In this document: positions 21,093-30,213 of the stretch, in pieces | Numbering within the stretch: position 1 is the first letter of the stretch | Layout: each line of letters starts with the position of its first letter | From: Candidatus Hydrogenedentota bacterium | GTDB taxonomy: Bacteria > Hydrogenedentota > Hydrogenedentia > Hydrogenedentales > JAEUWI01 | Length of the DNA: 64,000 nt | NCBI GenBank assembly: GCA_034669905.1 | Contig: JAXMOL010000002.1 | Location: 189,248-253,247 of the forward strand | Direction: 5' to 3' | Translations under genes and position numbers: made by a program | The notes under the pieces: model-generated | Databases searched by the model: none | What the model was told of the DNA's origin: nothing | Seen by the model: only the letters and a program-made list of their open reading frames with translations

Positions 21093-23042
21093 CTAACCCG
21101 CTTTCACCATGAGGTCAGCAACCAGCTTGCTGAACTTGCCGGGGTTCGGCAGGTCGCCGCCTTCGGCCAACACCGCCTGGCCATAGACCAGCTGCGCGTA
21201 GTCGTCCAACTGGGTGTCTTCCGGGTTGGCCTCGAAGAGGTCGTGGAGTTTCGCGAGGATAGCGTGGTCCGGGTTCAGCTCCAGGATGCGCTTGGAGGTC
21301 GGCACGTCCTGGCCCATCTGCTTCATCATCTGTTCGAGCTGGGGCGTAAGGTCCGCGCCATCGGTGACCAGACAGGCCGCCGAGCTGGTGAGACGATTGG
21401 AAAGACGTACTTCCTTCACATTCGCTTCCAGCTTGCCCTTCAGGCATTCCAGCAGGGACTTGTATTCTTTTTCTTTCTCCGCACGCTTTTCCTCGGCTTC
21501 TTTTTTCTCTTCTTCCGAGCCCAGCTCCACGGCACCCTTGCTGATGGACTTGAAGTCAAAGTCCTTGTGCTTGAAGACCTGCTGGCACCAGATTTCGTCG
21601 ACCGGGTCGGACAGAATCAATACTTCGTAGCCCTTTTCGAGGAAGCTTTCCATGTGGGGAGATTCTTCAATCTTCGCACGGGATTCGCCGGTCATGTAGT
21701 AGATGGCGTCCTGGCCTTCCTTCATGCGTTCAATGTATTCCGCCAGCGTCGTGTACTCTTCGTTGCTGTTGGTGGAATTGAAGAGACACAGCTCCAAAAG
21801 GGCTTCCTGGTTTTCGCGATCCTGGAAGAGGCCTTCCTTGAAGACCCGGCCAAATTCGTTCCAGAAGGCGATGAACTCATCTTTGTCCTTCTTGAACTGG
21901 GTCTTCAGGAAGCCGAGCACCTTGCTGACGATACCCTTGCGCATCCGCTCAATCTGGCGGTTCTGCTGGAGGATTTCGCGGGAAATGTTCAGCGAAAGAT
22001 CTTCCGAATCCACCACGCCACGAATAAAGCGCAGGTACTCCGGCAGCAGCTCTTTGCAGTCATCCATGATGAAAACGCGCTTCACATAGAGGTGCACGCC
22101 ATGGCGAACGCCCTGGTAGTAGAGGTCCATGGGCGCCTTGCCGGGAATGTAGAGCAGCAGCGTATATTCGAGGGTGCCCTCGATCTTCGCCTGGATGCGC
22201 GACGCAGGGTCGGTCCAGTCGTGGGAAATGTGCTTATAGAACTCGTTGTATTCCTCGTCCGTCACGTCTTTCTTGTCACGGAGCCAGAGGGCCTTCATGG
22301 AGTTCAGCGTCTCGGTCGTGATGACCTTTTTCTCTTCGGCCCCTTCGACCGGCTTCCCTTCCTCATCGCGCTCCACTTCCGTGCGCTCGATGTCCATCTG
22401 GATGGGATAGGCCACGAAGTCGGAGTACTGCTTGACGACCTGGCGAATCTGCCATTCCTGGGTGTAGTCGTTCATGCCGTCTTCGGTGTCGGTTTCCTTA
22501 AGGTGCAAGGTGACCGTGGTGCCCACTTCGTCGCGCTCGGCTTCTTCCAGGGTATAGGTGCCATCGCCCGCCGATTCCCAACGGGTCGCCGTCTCTTCCC
22601 CGGCTTTGCGTGTGACCAGGCTCACCCGGTCCGCGGCGATGAAGCTCGAGTAGAAGCCCACACCAAACTGACCAATAAGGTCGGCGTTGACGCTGTCTTC
22701 TTTGCTCTGCTTGATCTTGTTGATGAACTCTTTCGTACCCGACTTGGCAATAGTACCAATCAGGTCCTTCACCTCATCCCGGGTCATCCCGATGCCGTTA
22801 TCGATGATGGAAAGGGTGCGCGCCTCGCTGTCCACCTCAATGAAGATGCGGAGCTCCGTGCCCTCTTCCAGCAATTCGGGCTGCTTGAGGGCCTCGAAAC
22901 GGCGTTTGTCCAACGCGTCGGAGCTATTGGAAATCAGCTCACGCAAGAAAATGTCTTTGTTGGAATAGACCGAGTGGATCATCAAATCGAGCAATTGACG
23001 TGCTTCGGTCTGGAACTCAAAGGTCTCAATAGTGTCTGTCAT
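21093..23042 (-). CDS. htpG: Chaperone HtpG (Hsp90)
   Basis: YSNKDIFLRELISN, DNGIGM, IGQFGVGFYS, LNISRE. Confidence 0.98.
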   Translation of the reverse strand: MTDTIETFEFQTEARQLLDLMIHSVYSNKDIFLRELISNSSDALDKRRFEALKQPELLEEGTELRIFIEVDSEARTLSIIDNGIGMTRDEVKDLIGTIAKSGTKEFINKIKQSKEDSVNADLIGQFGVGFYSSFIAADRVSLVTRKAGEETATRWESAGDGTYTLEEAERDEVGTTVTLHLKETDTEDGMNDYTQEWQIRQVVKQYSDFVAYPIQMDIERTEVERDEEGKPVEGAEEKKVITTETLNSMKALWLRDKKDVTDEEYNEFYKHISHDWTDPASRIQAKIEGTLEYTLLLYIPGKAPMDLYYQGVRHGVHLYVKRVFIMDDCKELLPEYLRFIRGVVDSEDLSLNISREILQQNRQIERMRKGIVSKVLGFLKTQFKKDKDEFIAFWNEFGRVFKEGLFQDRENQEALLELCLFNSTNSNEEYTTLAEYIERMKEGQDAIYYMTGESRAKIEESPHMESFLEKGYEVLILSDPVDEIWCQQVFKHKDFDFKSISKGAVELGSEEEKKEAEEKRAEKEKEYKSLLECLKGKLEANVKEVRLSNRLTSSAACLVTDGADLTPQLEQMMKQMGQDVPTSKRILELNPDHAILAKLHDLFEANPEDTQLDDYAQLVYGQAVLAEGGDLPNPGKFSKLVADLMVKAG

Positions 23043-23307
23043 GATAGTCTCTCCAATGCTTTGGTGCACAATGCAATTTGGGCAAGCAATGTAGGAAAAC
23101 GTAGAAAAAGGGCACAGGAAGGCCCCTACGAACCGTGTATTTTAGCGCACTGACACCCTGAAAGGGAAGTTTCGTACCCCCGGAACGTTTCCATCCCCCT
23201 TCCCAACCCGGACGGAGCGGGGCCCTGTCCCTAAAACTTACCCCCCGCACGTTGCTATACTGAGCGCACCTGTCCATACCTGGATCATGAGAGGAATCTT
23301 CCCCCCG

Positions 23308-24126
23308 ATGGAACGCATACTATTTGCCTGCACCCTGATTTTCGCCCTGGCAACAGGCCCCGCGCCGGCCTACGCCGCCGAGGCCCCAGCCCCCACCGGG
23401 GTGCTCTGGGTAGACTGGGCGGCCGAACAGGTCGCCTTTGCCCTGGAAGAAGCCGATCCGGCCGACGCCACGGGGGACCCCTCCCGGATGCCCGCCACCC
23501 ACTCCATTGAATCGGTGGAAATCAACCGGCTCCGGGAAGAAATCCGGCTGCTCCGTGATCTCCTGGAACAAGGCGTTGTGGGCCGCATCATTTCCCTGGA
23601 AAACGAAGTGCGCATGCTCCGGGGCGCCCTCCAGCAGCAACAGATTGCCGCCTATGGCAACGGCACCATCGTGCCCCAACCCGGCGACACCCCTGCCCCC
23701 ATGCCCCAGGCCTTCCCCCAGAACCCATCCCCCTCCCAGCCAGCCCCCGCAGCTGCGCCGGAAACGCCCTTGCCCACCGAGGCCTTTCGCTTCACCGTGG
23801 TCGATGAATGGGGGCGCAGTCCCGAAGTGGCCGCCGACCTCGGCGGCAATGCTTCCAGCCTGATCGGTATGGCCGGCCTCGTGCCCGCACGCAGTGCCCG
23901 GGAAGACGTCATCGCCCTGGCCCGGGAGTTACGCGCCGACTACGAAACCTACGACAACATCAACATCGAGATCTTCGATTCTGAACGGGCCGCGCAAGAC
24001 TTTGCCGCCGACCAGTCGGTGGACCCGGCCCATCACGTCGCCAGCATTTCCCGTCACAAAGGCTCGGGCCGCGATCTCATCCTCTATCTGGCCAACGAAA
24101 AGCCCGAGGCCATCGCTCCCGAATAA
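23308..24126 (+). CDS. Exported hypothetical protein with coiled coil and Pro-rich linker
   Basis: Signal peptide ending AYA-AE; host-like codon usage. Confidence 0.75.
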   Translation: MERILFACTLIFALATGPAPAYAAEAPAPTGVLWVDWAAEQVAFALEEADPADATGDPSRMPATHSIESVEINRLREEIRLLRDLLEQGVVGRIISLENEVRMLRGALQQQQIAAYGNGTIVPQPGDTPAPMPQAFPQNPSPSQPAPAAAPETPLPTEAFRFTVVDEWGRSPEVAADLGGNASSLIGMAGLVPARSAREDVIALARELRADYETYDNINIEIFDSERAAQDFAADQSVDPAHHVASISRHKGSGRDLILYLANEKPEAIAPE

Positions 24127-24273
24127 GGCAACGGGGACTGCCCAGTCACGGCGTGCCAGCGCCAGGCTGGACCGCCCGGGGGAAAAACCGCATAGGCCCG
24201 CCGTCAACGCCCGATCCGAGGGAATACGTTCATGGGCGGTCCCGTTGACCTTGTGCTCCCCCCCAAAAAAAGG

Positions 24274-24310
24274 AATCGGGCGGCGAGGCTGGTTGCCTCG
24301 CCGCCCGTAT
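24274..24310 (-). terminator. Stem-loop downstream of the pilin gene
   Basis: CGGGCGGCGAGGC..GCCTCGCCGCCCG, 13-bp stem, T run nearby on the minus strand. Confidence 0.7.
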
Positions 24311-24346
24311 TCGGACCCATAATGCGCCGTAGTTAGTCGTTAGTGA

Positions 24347-24778
24347 TTATTCACCAATCGGGTTGCTGGTCGCGTCGGCATCGGCGCCGTCCGCGTAGCG
24401 AATCACCCCGCTGGAGTCGGTGAAGAAGCCTTTACCACCGGTCGTGCCATAAGCCGCAGCGTTGGCGTTGGCCGTGAAGGCGTTGGCGTCACCGCCGAGT
24501 ACGAAGTTGTAGCCACTCTTCGTGCCACCCCAGTTACCATCGAGGAAGGAGGGGGTTGCGCCGGTCAGGTCCGCGAAGTCGGCGGTGTAGGCGTAGTTGG
24601 CGGCGTGGTAGGCCACTTCGGCACCCACGATAGTGCGCAGGTTACCAATGGCACTGGACTCATTGGACTGCATCCGCGAACGGAGCAGGTTGGGAATGGC
24701 GATAGCCGCAATGATAGCGATAATGGCCACAACAATCATCAATTCAATCAACGTGAAACCTTTGTTAGCTTTTTTCAT
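24347..24778 (-). CDS. Type IV pilin-like protein (likely major pilin)
   Basis: KG/FTLIELMIVVAIIAIIAAIAIP prepilin site; strongly biased codons; GGAGG RBS. Confidence 0.92.
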   Translation of the reverse strand: MKKANKGFTLIELMIVVAIIAIIAAIAIPNLLRSRMQSNESSAIGNLRTIVGAEVAYHAANYAYTADFADLTGATPSFLDGNWGGTKSGYNFVLGGDANAFTANANAAAYGTTGGKGFFTDSSGVIRYADGADADATSNPIGE

Positions 24779-24872
24779 GGCGAATCCTCCTGTGGATTGG
24801 TTTGGTTTAATCTTTCAAATGAAGGCCGCGCGGCCCGCATCGTACTTCGTTTCAACTGTTGCCAACTATAAG

Positions 24873-24888
24873 GCAAGGGCCGTGCCAA
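24873..24888 (-). promoter_or_regulatory. Sigma54 promoter of the pilin gene
   Basis: Minus strand reads TTGGCACGGCCCTTGC, the consensus -24/-12. Confidence 0.88.
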
Positions 24889-25007
24889 ACAGGCATACCA
24901 CTTTCTTAACCATCTTCATGGCAATAACTTACGATGCAAACCAGGCACCTTATGACGGCCGAACCTGGCGGAATGCGCCCTCGCTCATCGCCCTGTTGGG
25001 ACCCCAC

Positions 25008-25024
25008 GTGACAATATTTGTCAC
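25008..25024. promoter_or_regulatory. Palindrome GTGACAA-TAT-TTGTCAC, candidate activator site for the pilin promoter
   Basis: Perfect 7-bp arms about 120 bp upstream of the -24 element. Confidence 0.5.
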
Positions 25025-25127
25025 TTCCCCCCTCGCACGGCAGGGATAGTTGACCTTCTCTCCAGAAATTGGGAGAATGTGGCGACCTGTTGACGCGCGA
25101 CGTCGGCTCAAAAAGGAATTCTCCCCC

Positions 25128-25958
25128 ATGGCATCCATTATCGGCCTCCTCGTCATTGTGTTGCTGTCGGTCATCGTGAACCGAATCGCCACCGTGGCCC
25201 TCACGCTGACCGGGCTTTCCCGCGAAATGGCCCGTTTCCAGGCCCGCTCGGCCTTCAGCACGACCGGCTTTACGTCAAACGAGACCGAAGCCATTGTGAA
25301 CCACCCCGTTCGTCGCCGCATTGTGTTCACCCTGATGATGATTGGCAACGTGGGCCTCATCGGCGTCATTGCCACGACCGTATCCTCCGTCACCTCCGTC
25401 GAGACCGGGGATAACTACAGCCTGTGGGTCCGGATTGCCTACCTGGTCACCGGGTTAAGCATCCTGCTGGCCTTCTCCATGAGCAAGTGGGTTGATGACC
25501 AGCTCTTTAAATTCATTGGATGGGCATTGCGACGGTGGACCCTGGACGACATCCACGACTACCGTCACCTCCTAGCACTGGGCGAAGGCTACAGTGTGAC
25601 CGAACTCAAGATGGACCCGGGCAACTGGCCGGTTGGTAAGCGCCTCGACGAATTACGCCTTTCCCACGTGGGTGTCATCGTGTTGGCCATTCATCGGGCC
25701 GATGGCGATCTGGTAGGTTCGCCGATAGGCGCCACCTATATCCGCGCGGGCGACCGCCTGACCGTATACGGCTTTAAGAAGGATGTGGCGCGGTTTAACC
25801 ATAGCCGCGACGCGGAAGACGGGCCCAGGGCCTATCAGGAGTTGGTGGATGCACGGGCCCCCGAAGTGGCCGCCGCCCAGGCCCGTCGTATGGAAGAGGA
25901 ACGGCGCCGCCTCAAGCGGAGAACAGCCCGGAAGGCCTCAGATTCTTCTGGGGACTAG
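25128..25958 (+). CDS. Membrane protein with TrkA-C (RCK_C) domain
   Basis: ARFQARSAFSTTGFTSNE..HPVRRRI; VLAIHR..GDRLTVYG. Confidence 0.87.
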   Translation: MASIIGLLVIVLLSVIVNRIATVALTLTGLSREMARFQARSAFSTTGFTSNETEAIVNHPVRRRIVFTLMMIGNVGLIGVIATTVSSVTSVETGDNYSLWVRIAYLVTGLSILLAFSMSKWVDDQLFKFIGWALRRWTLDDIHDYRHLLALGEGYSVTELKMDPGNWPVGKRLDELRLSHVGVIVLAIHRADGDLVGSPIGATYIRAGDRLTVYGFKKDVARFNHSRDAEDGPRAYQELVDARAPEVAAAQARRMEEERRRLKRRTARKASDSSGD

Positions 25959-27136
25959 CTGGCTTCCCGCTTGGACGTGCCGAGCTCGACGACGTTTTCA
26001 GAATCGATGCCGTGCGCTTCCAACTTCTTCGCGAGATTGGAATAGGCTTCCTCGTGCTGTTCCAGAGTCGCCTCGTGACGGCGCGCCGCCAGCACCATCA
26101 GGATAATGACGATGGTCACGATCGCAAGCCCCTGAAAGAGCGCCAACTGGCTGTCGACCAAACTGGAGGTATTGCGCAGCAGGATGCCGCTGATGCCCAG
26201 GGTAATCGAGATCAGGTAGATAAAGAAGACCGCCTGACGCTGGGTAAATCCAAACCAAACCAGACGATGGGAAAGGTGATCCGGTGCGCAGTGATCGATG
26301 ATGTCGCGCAAGGTCCGGGTTTCGCCCTTGAGAATGCGCGCCATGATGACATAGCCAAAATCAAAGAGCGGCACCCCCAGAATCAGAATGGGTATGGTGC
26401 AGGAAATGATACGGTTTTCGGTCCATTCTCCCATCACGCCCAGGGCCGCCAGGGTAAAGCCCAGGAAGAAACTCCCCGAGTCGCCCATAAAGATGAGGGC
26501 CGGCTTGCTGTTGTAAATCAGGAAGCCCAGGTTGGCCCCAATCAACCCAATCGCCAACATGCCAAACCACGAAAGGCTCGTCTCAGTGTTGGTAAGGGCG
26601 TAGGCCTGCAAGGCGATGACCAGAAACATGCCGGCCACAATAACCGACAACCCCGAGGCCAACCCGTCCATATTGTCCGTGCCATTGAAAGCACTCGTGA
26701 CCCCCACAATCCAGAGTATGGTCACAGACACATCAAGCACTTCATTCTGAAACACATTGATACGCACGCCATACTGGGAGAGTATCAGGGTCGCGGCCAC
26801 CAGGGTGATGAGCTTGTAGAACCCGGCAATCCCGCCCACGTAGTCGTCTACCGCCCCTACCACGAGGCACATGAAGGCCCCGAGCAGAATCCCGTTCATA
26901 CCGTCACTGCGGTAATCGGGCAACAACACGGCCACCGCAAAGGCAATGAAAATCACAATGCCACCACCGCGCGGGACGGGCTGTTTGTGGATCTTGTTGT
27001 CCGCTACGGCATCCATCATCCCCACCCGGCGAAGCAGCATGATGGCCAAAGGCATCAGCAGGGCGGAAATTATAAAGGCACTGCACCCCACCAGAATATA
27101 GGTGCGGGGCCAGTAGTCGGGCAAACTGAATAACAT
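25955..27136 (-). CDS. MraY/WecA-family undecaprenyl-phosphate GlcNAc-1-P transferase
   Basis: KIH..PVPRGGG, GAVDD, N..DNMDGL, FMGDSGS, DHLSHRL. Confidence 0.92.
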   Translation of the reverse strand: MLFSLPDYWPRTYILVGCSAFIISALLMPLAIMLLRRVGMMDAVADNKIHKQPVPRGGGIVIFIAFAVAVLLPDYRSDGMNGILLGAFMCLVVGAVDDYVGGIAGFYKLITLVAATLILSQYGVRINVFQNEVLDVSVTILWIVGVTSAFNGTDNMDGLASGLSVIVAGMFLVIALQAYALTNTETSLSWFGMLAIGLIGANLGFLIYNSKPALIFMGDSGSFFLGFTLAALGVMGEWTENRIISCTIPILILGVPLFDFGYVIMARILKGETRTLRDIIDHCAPDHLSHRLVWFGFTQRQAVFFIYLISITLGISGILLRNTSSLVDSQLALFQGLAIVTIVIILMVLAARRHEATLEQHEEAYSNLAKKLEAHGIDSENVVELGTSKREAS

Positions 27137-27184
27137 CCGTGTTATTCCTCATTTCATGGGCACGGGCTCACGGGCACAGGCCCA

Positions 27185-28177
27185 TCAAGAGCGGGCCTCA
27201 AAGAACTGTTCTATGGATTCTACCACAAGCGCGACTTCTGCATCAGTCATTGCGGGATATATGGGGATGGACACATGGTGCTGGTGCGCCTGCTCGGAAC
27301 GGGGAAAGCACCCCCCCAGCGTGTGATGGGCCGGATGGTGCACCGGGCGTCCCGCGCCAATGCCGCGCTGGTTCAACCACTCCATCAGGGCGGGGCCTTC
27401 GGGTGTCGATACCACATACCGGAAATACACGGCGCCACCCGGTGCGGGCAAGACCAGGGGCGTATTCTGAAACGCCGTATGGTATCGACCGGCGATCGCC
27501 CGACGGCGTTCCAGAAACTCCGGTAAACGGCGGAGCTGAACCCGACCAAGCGCCGCCTGAAAATCCGTCATCTTATAGGCATAACGTATTTGGAAATCCC
27601 CTCGGTTATCGTAGTCCCGCCGATCCCGGATGAAGTCCGCCAGGGAGCTGTCGTCCGTAAAGACCATCCCCCCCTCCCCCGTGGTCATGAGCTTGGTGGC
27701 GTAGAAGGAGGTCATGGCAATCAAGGTGGCACGCCCCGTCTCTCCACCGAAGGATTGGGCCAGATCTTCGACCACCCGGGGATGATCGGGCAGGGCCGCC
27801 GTCGCACCAAACATATGGGGCACGACCACGGCCCGCACCGATGCGGGGACCATCGCGGGATCCAGATTGTGTTGGGAATCGATATCACATAGAACCGGAT
27901 GCGCATGTTGCCACGACACGGCCTGGGCGAGAGAGGCACAGGCATACGAGGGAATGGCCACGCTGTCTTCGGGGCGTACGTTGAGCCCCACGAGTGCCAG
28001 GTGCAGGGCCGCCGTGCCGCTGTTCACCGCGATAGCATGACGGCGTCCCAGAAACGCGGCGCACTCTTCCTCAAAGGCGGCCACTTCCTTACCTTGCGCC
28101 AGATGGCCACTGGCCACCACACGGGCCACGGCCGCGCCCTCCTCGTCACCGACGGTCGGCTTACTGTGGGCAATCAT
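27185..28177 (-). CDS. DegT/DnrJ/EryC1/StrS aminotransferase
   Basis: NSGTAALHLAL, EDLAQ, SFYATKLMTTGEGG. Confidence 0.93.
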   Translation of the reverse strand: MIAHSKPTVGDEEGAAVARVVASGHLAQGKEVAAFEEECAAFLGRRHAIAVNSGTAALHLALVGLNVRPEDSVAIPSYACASLAQAVSWQHAHPVLCDIDSQHNLDPAMVPASVRAVVVPHMFGATAALPDHPRVVEDLAQSFGGETGRATLIAMTSFYATKLMTTGEGGMVFTDDSSLADFIRDRRDYDNRGDFQIRYAYKMTDFQAALGRVQLRRLPEFLERRRAIAGRYHTAFQNTPLVLPAPGGAVYFRYVVSTPEGPALMEWLNQRGIGAGRPVHHPAHHTLGGCFPRSEQAHQHHVSIPIYPAMTDAEVALVVESIEQFFEARS

Positions 28178-28859
28178 GGGGCACCCCCTCAAGAATCGTG
28201 CGGGCGTCGGAACCGCAATGCATCATCAAGTCAATAATCGACAGCTCCGGCAAAAAGGGCCCGGGCCCCTGGGGATACTCGGGCGCCGTCCACGATTGGA
28301 TCTGAAGCGCGATTCCCGACGCTTCCAGGGCGTCCACATCCAGGTAGCTGTCCACCGCATGGGCTCCACTGAGATAGGTATCGCCTTTCACTGCGTGAAT
28401 CAGATGAATCAAGCGCTCGGTCGCCTCCCCCCGAACATGCAGTTCAGACGCGTAGACCACGGGCGTGTCGATCTCGAGCCGCAGCAGAATTCCCGTCAAC
28501 AGGGAGCGGTTGAGATCGTTAAGATACTCCCAGGGCTGCTCGTAGACTTCCTCAAGCCAATCGGCGTAGCGCGAAAAGTACGGGGCCTTCCCATAGTGCT
28601 GGGCAATTGTGCGCCAATGCTTTCGCGCCCAGGGCCCCTTGTTGTCAATCACCACTTCATCCAGGCGTTGGCCCAGCCGATCAAAGACGGGGACGGTCAG
28701 CGTGCGGGCGCCCTGTGGGGTCTTGATACGGTTCCGGTTCTGGTGGCCATTCTTGTTGTATTGAATGTTATCCAACACGATGAAGACATCAGCGCACAGT
28801 ATCTTATGGATGTAGCGCAACCAGGGAAGATAATGTAACTGATGGATTCCCACAAGCAC
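28161..28859 (-). CDS. WbqC family protein
   Basis: IHQ..YLPW, QNRNRIKT, YLSG, LSIIDL. Confidence 0.9.
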   Translation of the reverse strand: MLVGIHQLHYLPWLRYIHKILCADVFIVLDNIQYNKNGHQNRNRIKTPQGARTLTVPVFDRLGQRLDEVVIDNKGPWARKHWRTIAQHYGKAPYFSRYADWLEEVYEQPWEYLNDLNRSLLTGILLRLEIDTPVVYASELHVRGEATERLIHLIHAVKGDTYLSGAHAVDSYLDVDALEASGIALQIQSWTAPEYPQGPGPFLPELSIIDLMMHCGSDARTILEGVPHDCPQ

Positions 28860-29051
28860 GGCGGCGGACCCTCTCTGTCGCAATTCGTTGCACACACCAT
28901 TCAAACAGGTTGACATACACCCCGTCCGACAATGATTCTACCTGAGTCATTTATCGACGGCAACAGCCGGAAACTGAAACTATCCCGGCCGGCATTTCAC
29001 GTAGGCCGCCCCCGTGGAACATGACCGGTTAGCGGAGAAAAGGAGTAATCC

Positions 29052-29645
29052 ATGAGCGAATACGTCCCACGCATTCTCGCCTTCGCCGGCAGCACCCGTA
29101 GCGATTCCTACAATAAGAAGCTGGCCGCCGCCGCGGCAGAGGCCGCCCGGGCTGCCGGAGCCGACGTGACCCTCGTCGACCTTCGTGACTACCCCATGCC
29201 CTTATTTGATGAAGATCTTGAATCGGCAGAAGGGCTTCCCGAAAGTGCGGTCAAGCTACGGGAATTGTTCCTGCGTCATGACGGACTGATCATCGCCTCA
29301 CCGGAATACAACGGTTCCCTGAGCGCGGTGTTGAAAAACACCATTGACTGGCTGAGCCGTCGCCAGGGCGATGAAACACCGCTCATCTGCTTCCGCGAAA
29401 AGGTGGCCTTACTCCTCGCCGCTTCCCCCGGTGGCCTCGGCGGCCTCCGTGCCTTGCGACACCTCAACACCATCCTCCACGGGATTCAGGTCATCGTGCT
29501 CCCCGAACAGAAGGCCATTCCTGCGGCCCACAAGGTCTTCGACGACACGGGCATCGCCGATGCCAAAGTGGCGAAATCCGTCGCCGATCTCAGCACCCGG
29601 CTCGTTGAAATGACCACGCGCATCCACCAGAAAAACAACGGCTAA
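29052..29645 (+). CDS. NADPH-dependent FMN reductase
   Basis: GSTRSDSYN, SPEYNGS..LKNTIDWLSR, SPGGLGG. Confidence 0.93.
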   Translation: MSEYVPRILAFAGSTRSDSYNKKLAAAAAEAARAAGADVTLVDLRDYPMPLFDEDLESAEGLPESAVKLRELFLRHDGLIIASPEYNGSLSAVLKNTIDWLSRRQGDETPLICFREKVALLLAASPGGLGGLRALRHLNTILHGIQVIVLPEQKAIPAAHKVFDDTGIADAKVAKSVADLSTRLVEMTTRIHQKNNG

Positions 29646-29669
29646 AGTCCAACCGCCCCCTGCCGATAA
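29643..29669 (+). promoter_or_regulatory. Sigma28 (FliA) promoter P1
   Basis: TAAA-N15-GCCGATAA, exact consensus. Confidence 0.88.
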
Positions 29670-29676
29670 GTAAAGC

Positions 29677-29849
29677 ACAGGCCAAGACACGGAAGTCGCG
29701 GCGACGAATTGACACGGAGGTCAACGGAGGTGGCGAAAGAGACTAGATGAACCGTCGGGTGTCATCCCAACACCAACGCGATCGACGTTTTGTCCCACAG
29801 TCTTTCCATCCATGAGAGGCGCCATAGCACACGCTGTTGTGGCGTTTTT
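29677..29849 (+). ncRNA. Candidate sigma28-dependent sRNA-1 (CsrA hairpins; antisense to flagellin-2 initiation region)
   Basis: Promoter, GAC-ACGGAN-GTC hairpins, 26 of 29 nt complementary to 32921-32949, terminator 29819-29849. Confidence 0.75.
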
Positions 29850-29945
29850 CTATTTTATCCGCCCTTTTTCCCGCGTACGCTGCCCCACGCCCCCCGACTT
29901 TTCGCCCACGCCCCAGCCGCCCATCCAACGCCGGCACATTTCCGC

Positions 29946-29972
29946 TAAAGGTTCTCGCTCCACCGCCGATAC
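29946..29972 (+). promoter_or_regulatory. Sigma28 promoter P2
   Basis: TAAA-N15-GCCGATAC. Confidence 0.85.
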
Positions 29973-29979
29973 TCTAATC

Positions 29980-30146
29980 ACAAGGCGACGACACGGAGGT
30001 CAACGCCGGCACGACACGGACGTCATTGCTACTTATCCTGGATACATACTCACAGGGTGGCCAATCCCACCACCTGCTATTGGGAGTGCCCCAGGGTCTT
30101 ACCTCTGAAACGCGTTGCGGTCTACACTGCAACGCGTTTCAAATTT
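29980..30146 (+). ncRNA. Candidate sigma28-dependent sRNA-2 (CsrA hairpins; antisense to flagellin-3 RBS)
   Basis: Promoter, two GAC-ACGGAN-GTC hairpins, GGGTCTTACCTC pairing with GAGGTAAGATCC, 15-bp terminal hairpin 30106-30141. Confidence 0.72.
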
Positions 30147-30179
30147 ATGGGGCATACTCCACCGATCCCATATTTCTGC

Positions 30180-30206
30180 TAAAGTTTTCTGCGGCACCGC
30201 CGATAC
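30180..30206 (+). promoter_or_regulatory. Sigma28 promoter P3
   Basis: TAAA-N15-GCCGATAC. Confidence 0.85.
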
Positions 30207-30213
30207 CATCATA

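Noticed and set aside
21021..23153. 710-aa ORF antisense to htpG
   Set aside because: Mirror frame caused by codon bias
30081..30170. 6S-like or REP-like long hairpin
   Set aside because: Too short for 6S RNA and seen once; the inner stem fits the sRNA-2 terminator, though the outer pairing could form in read-through RNA
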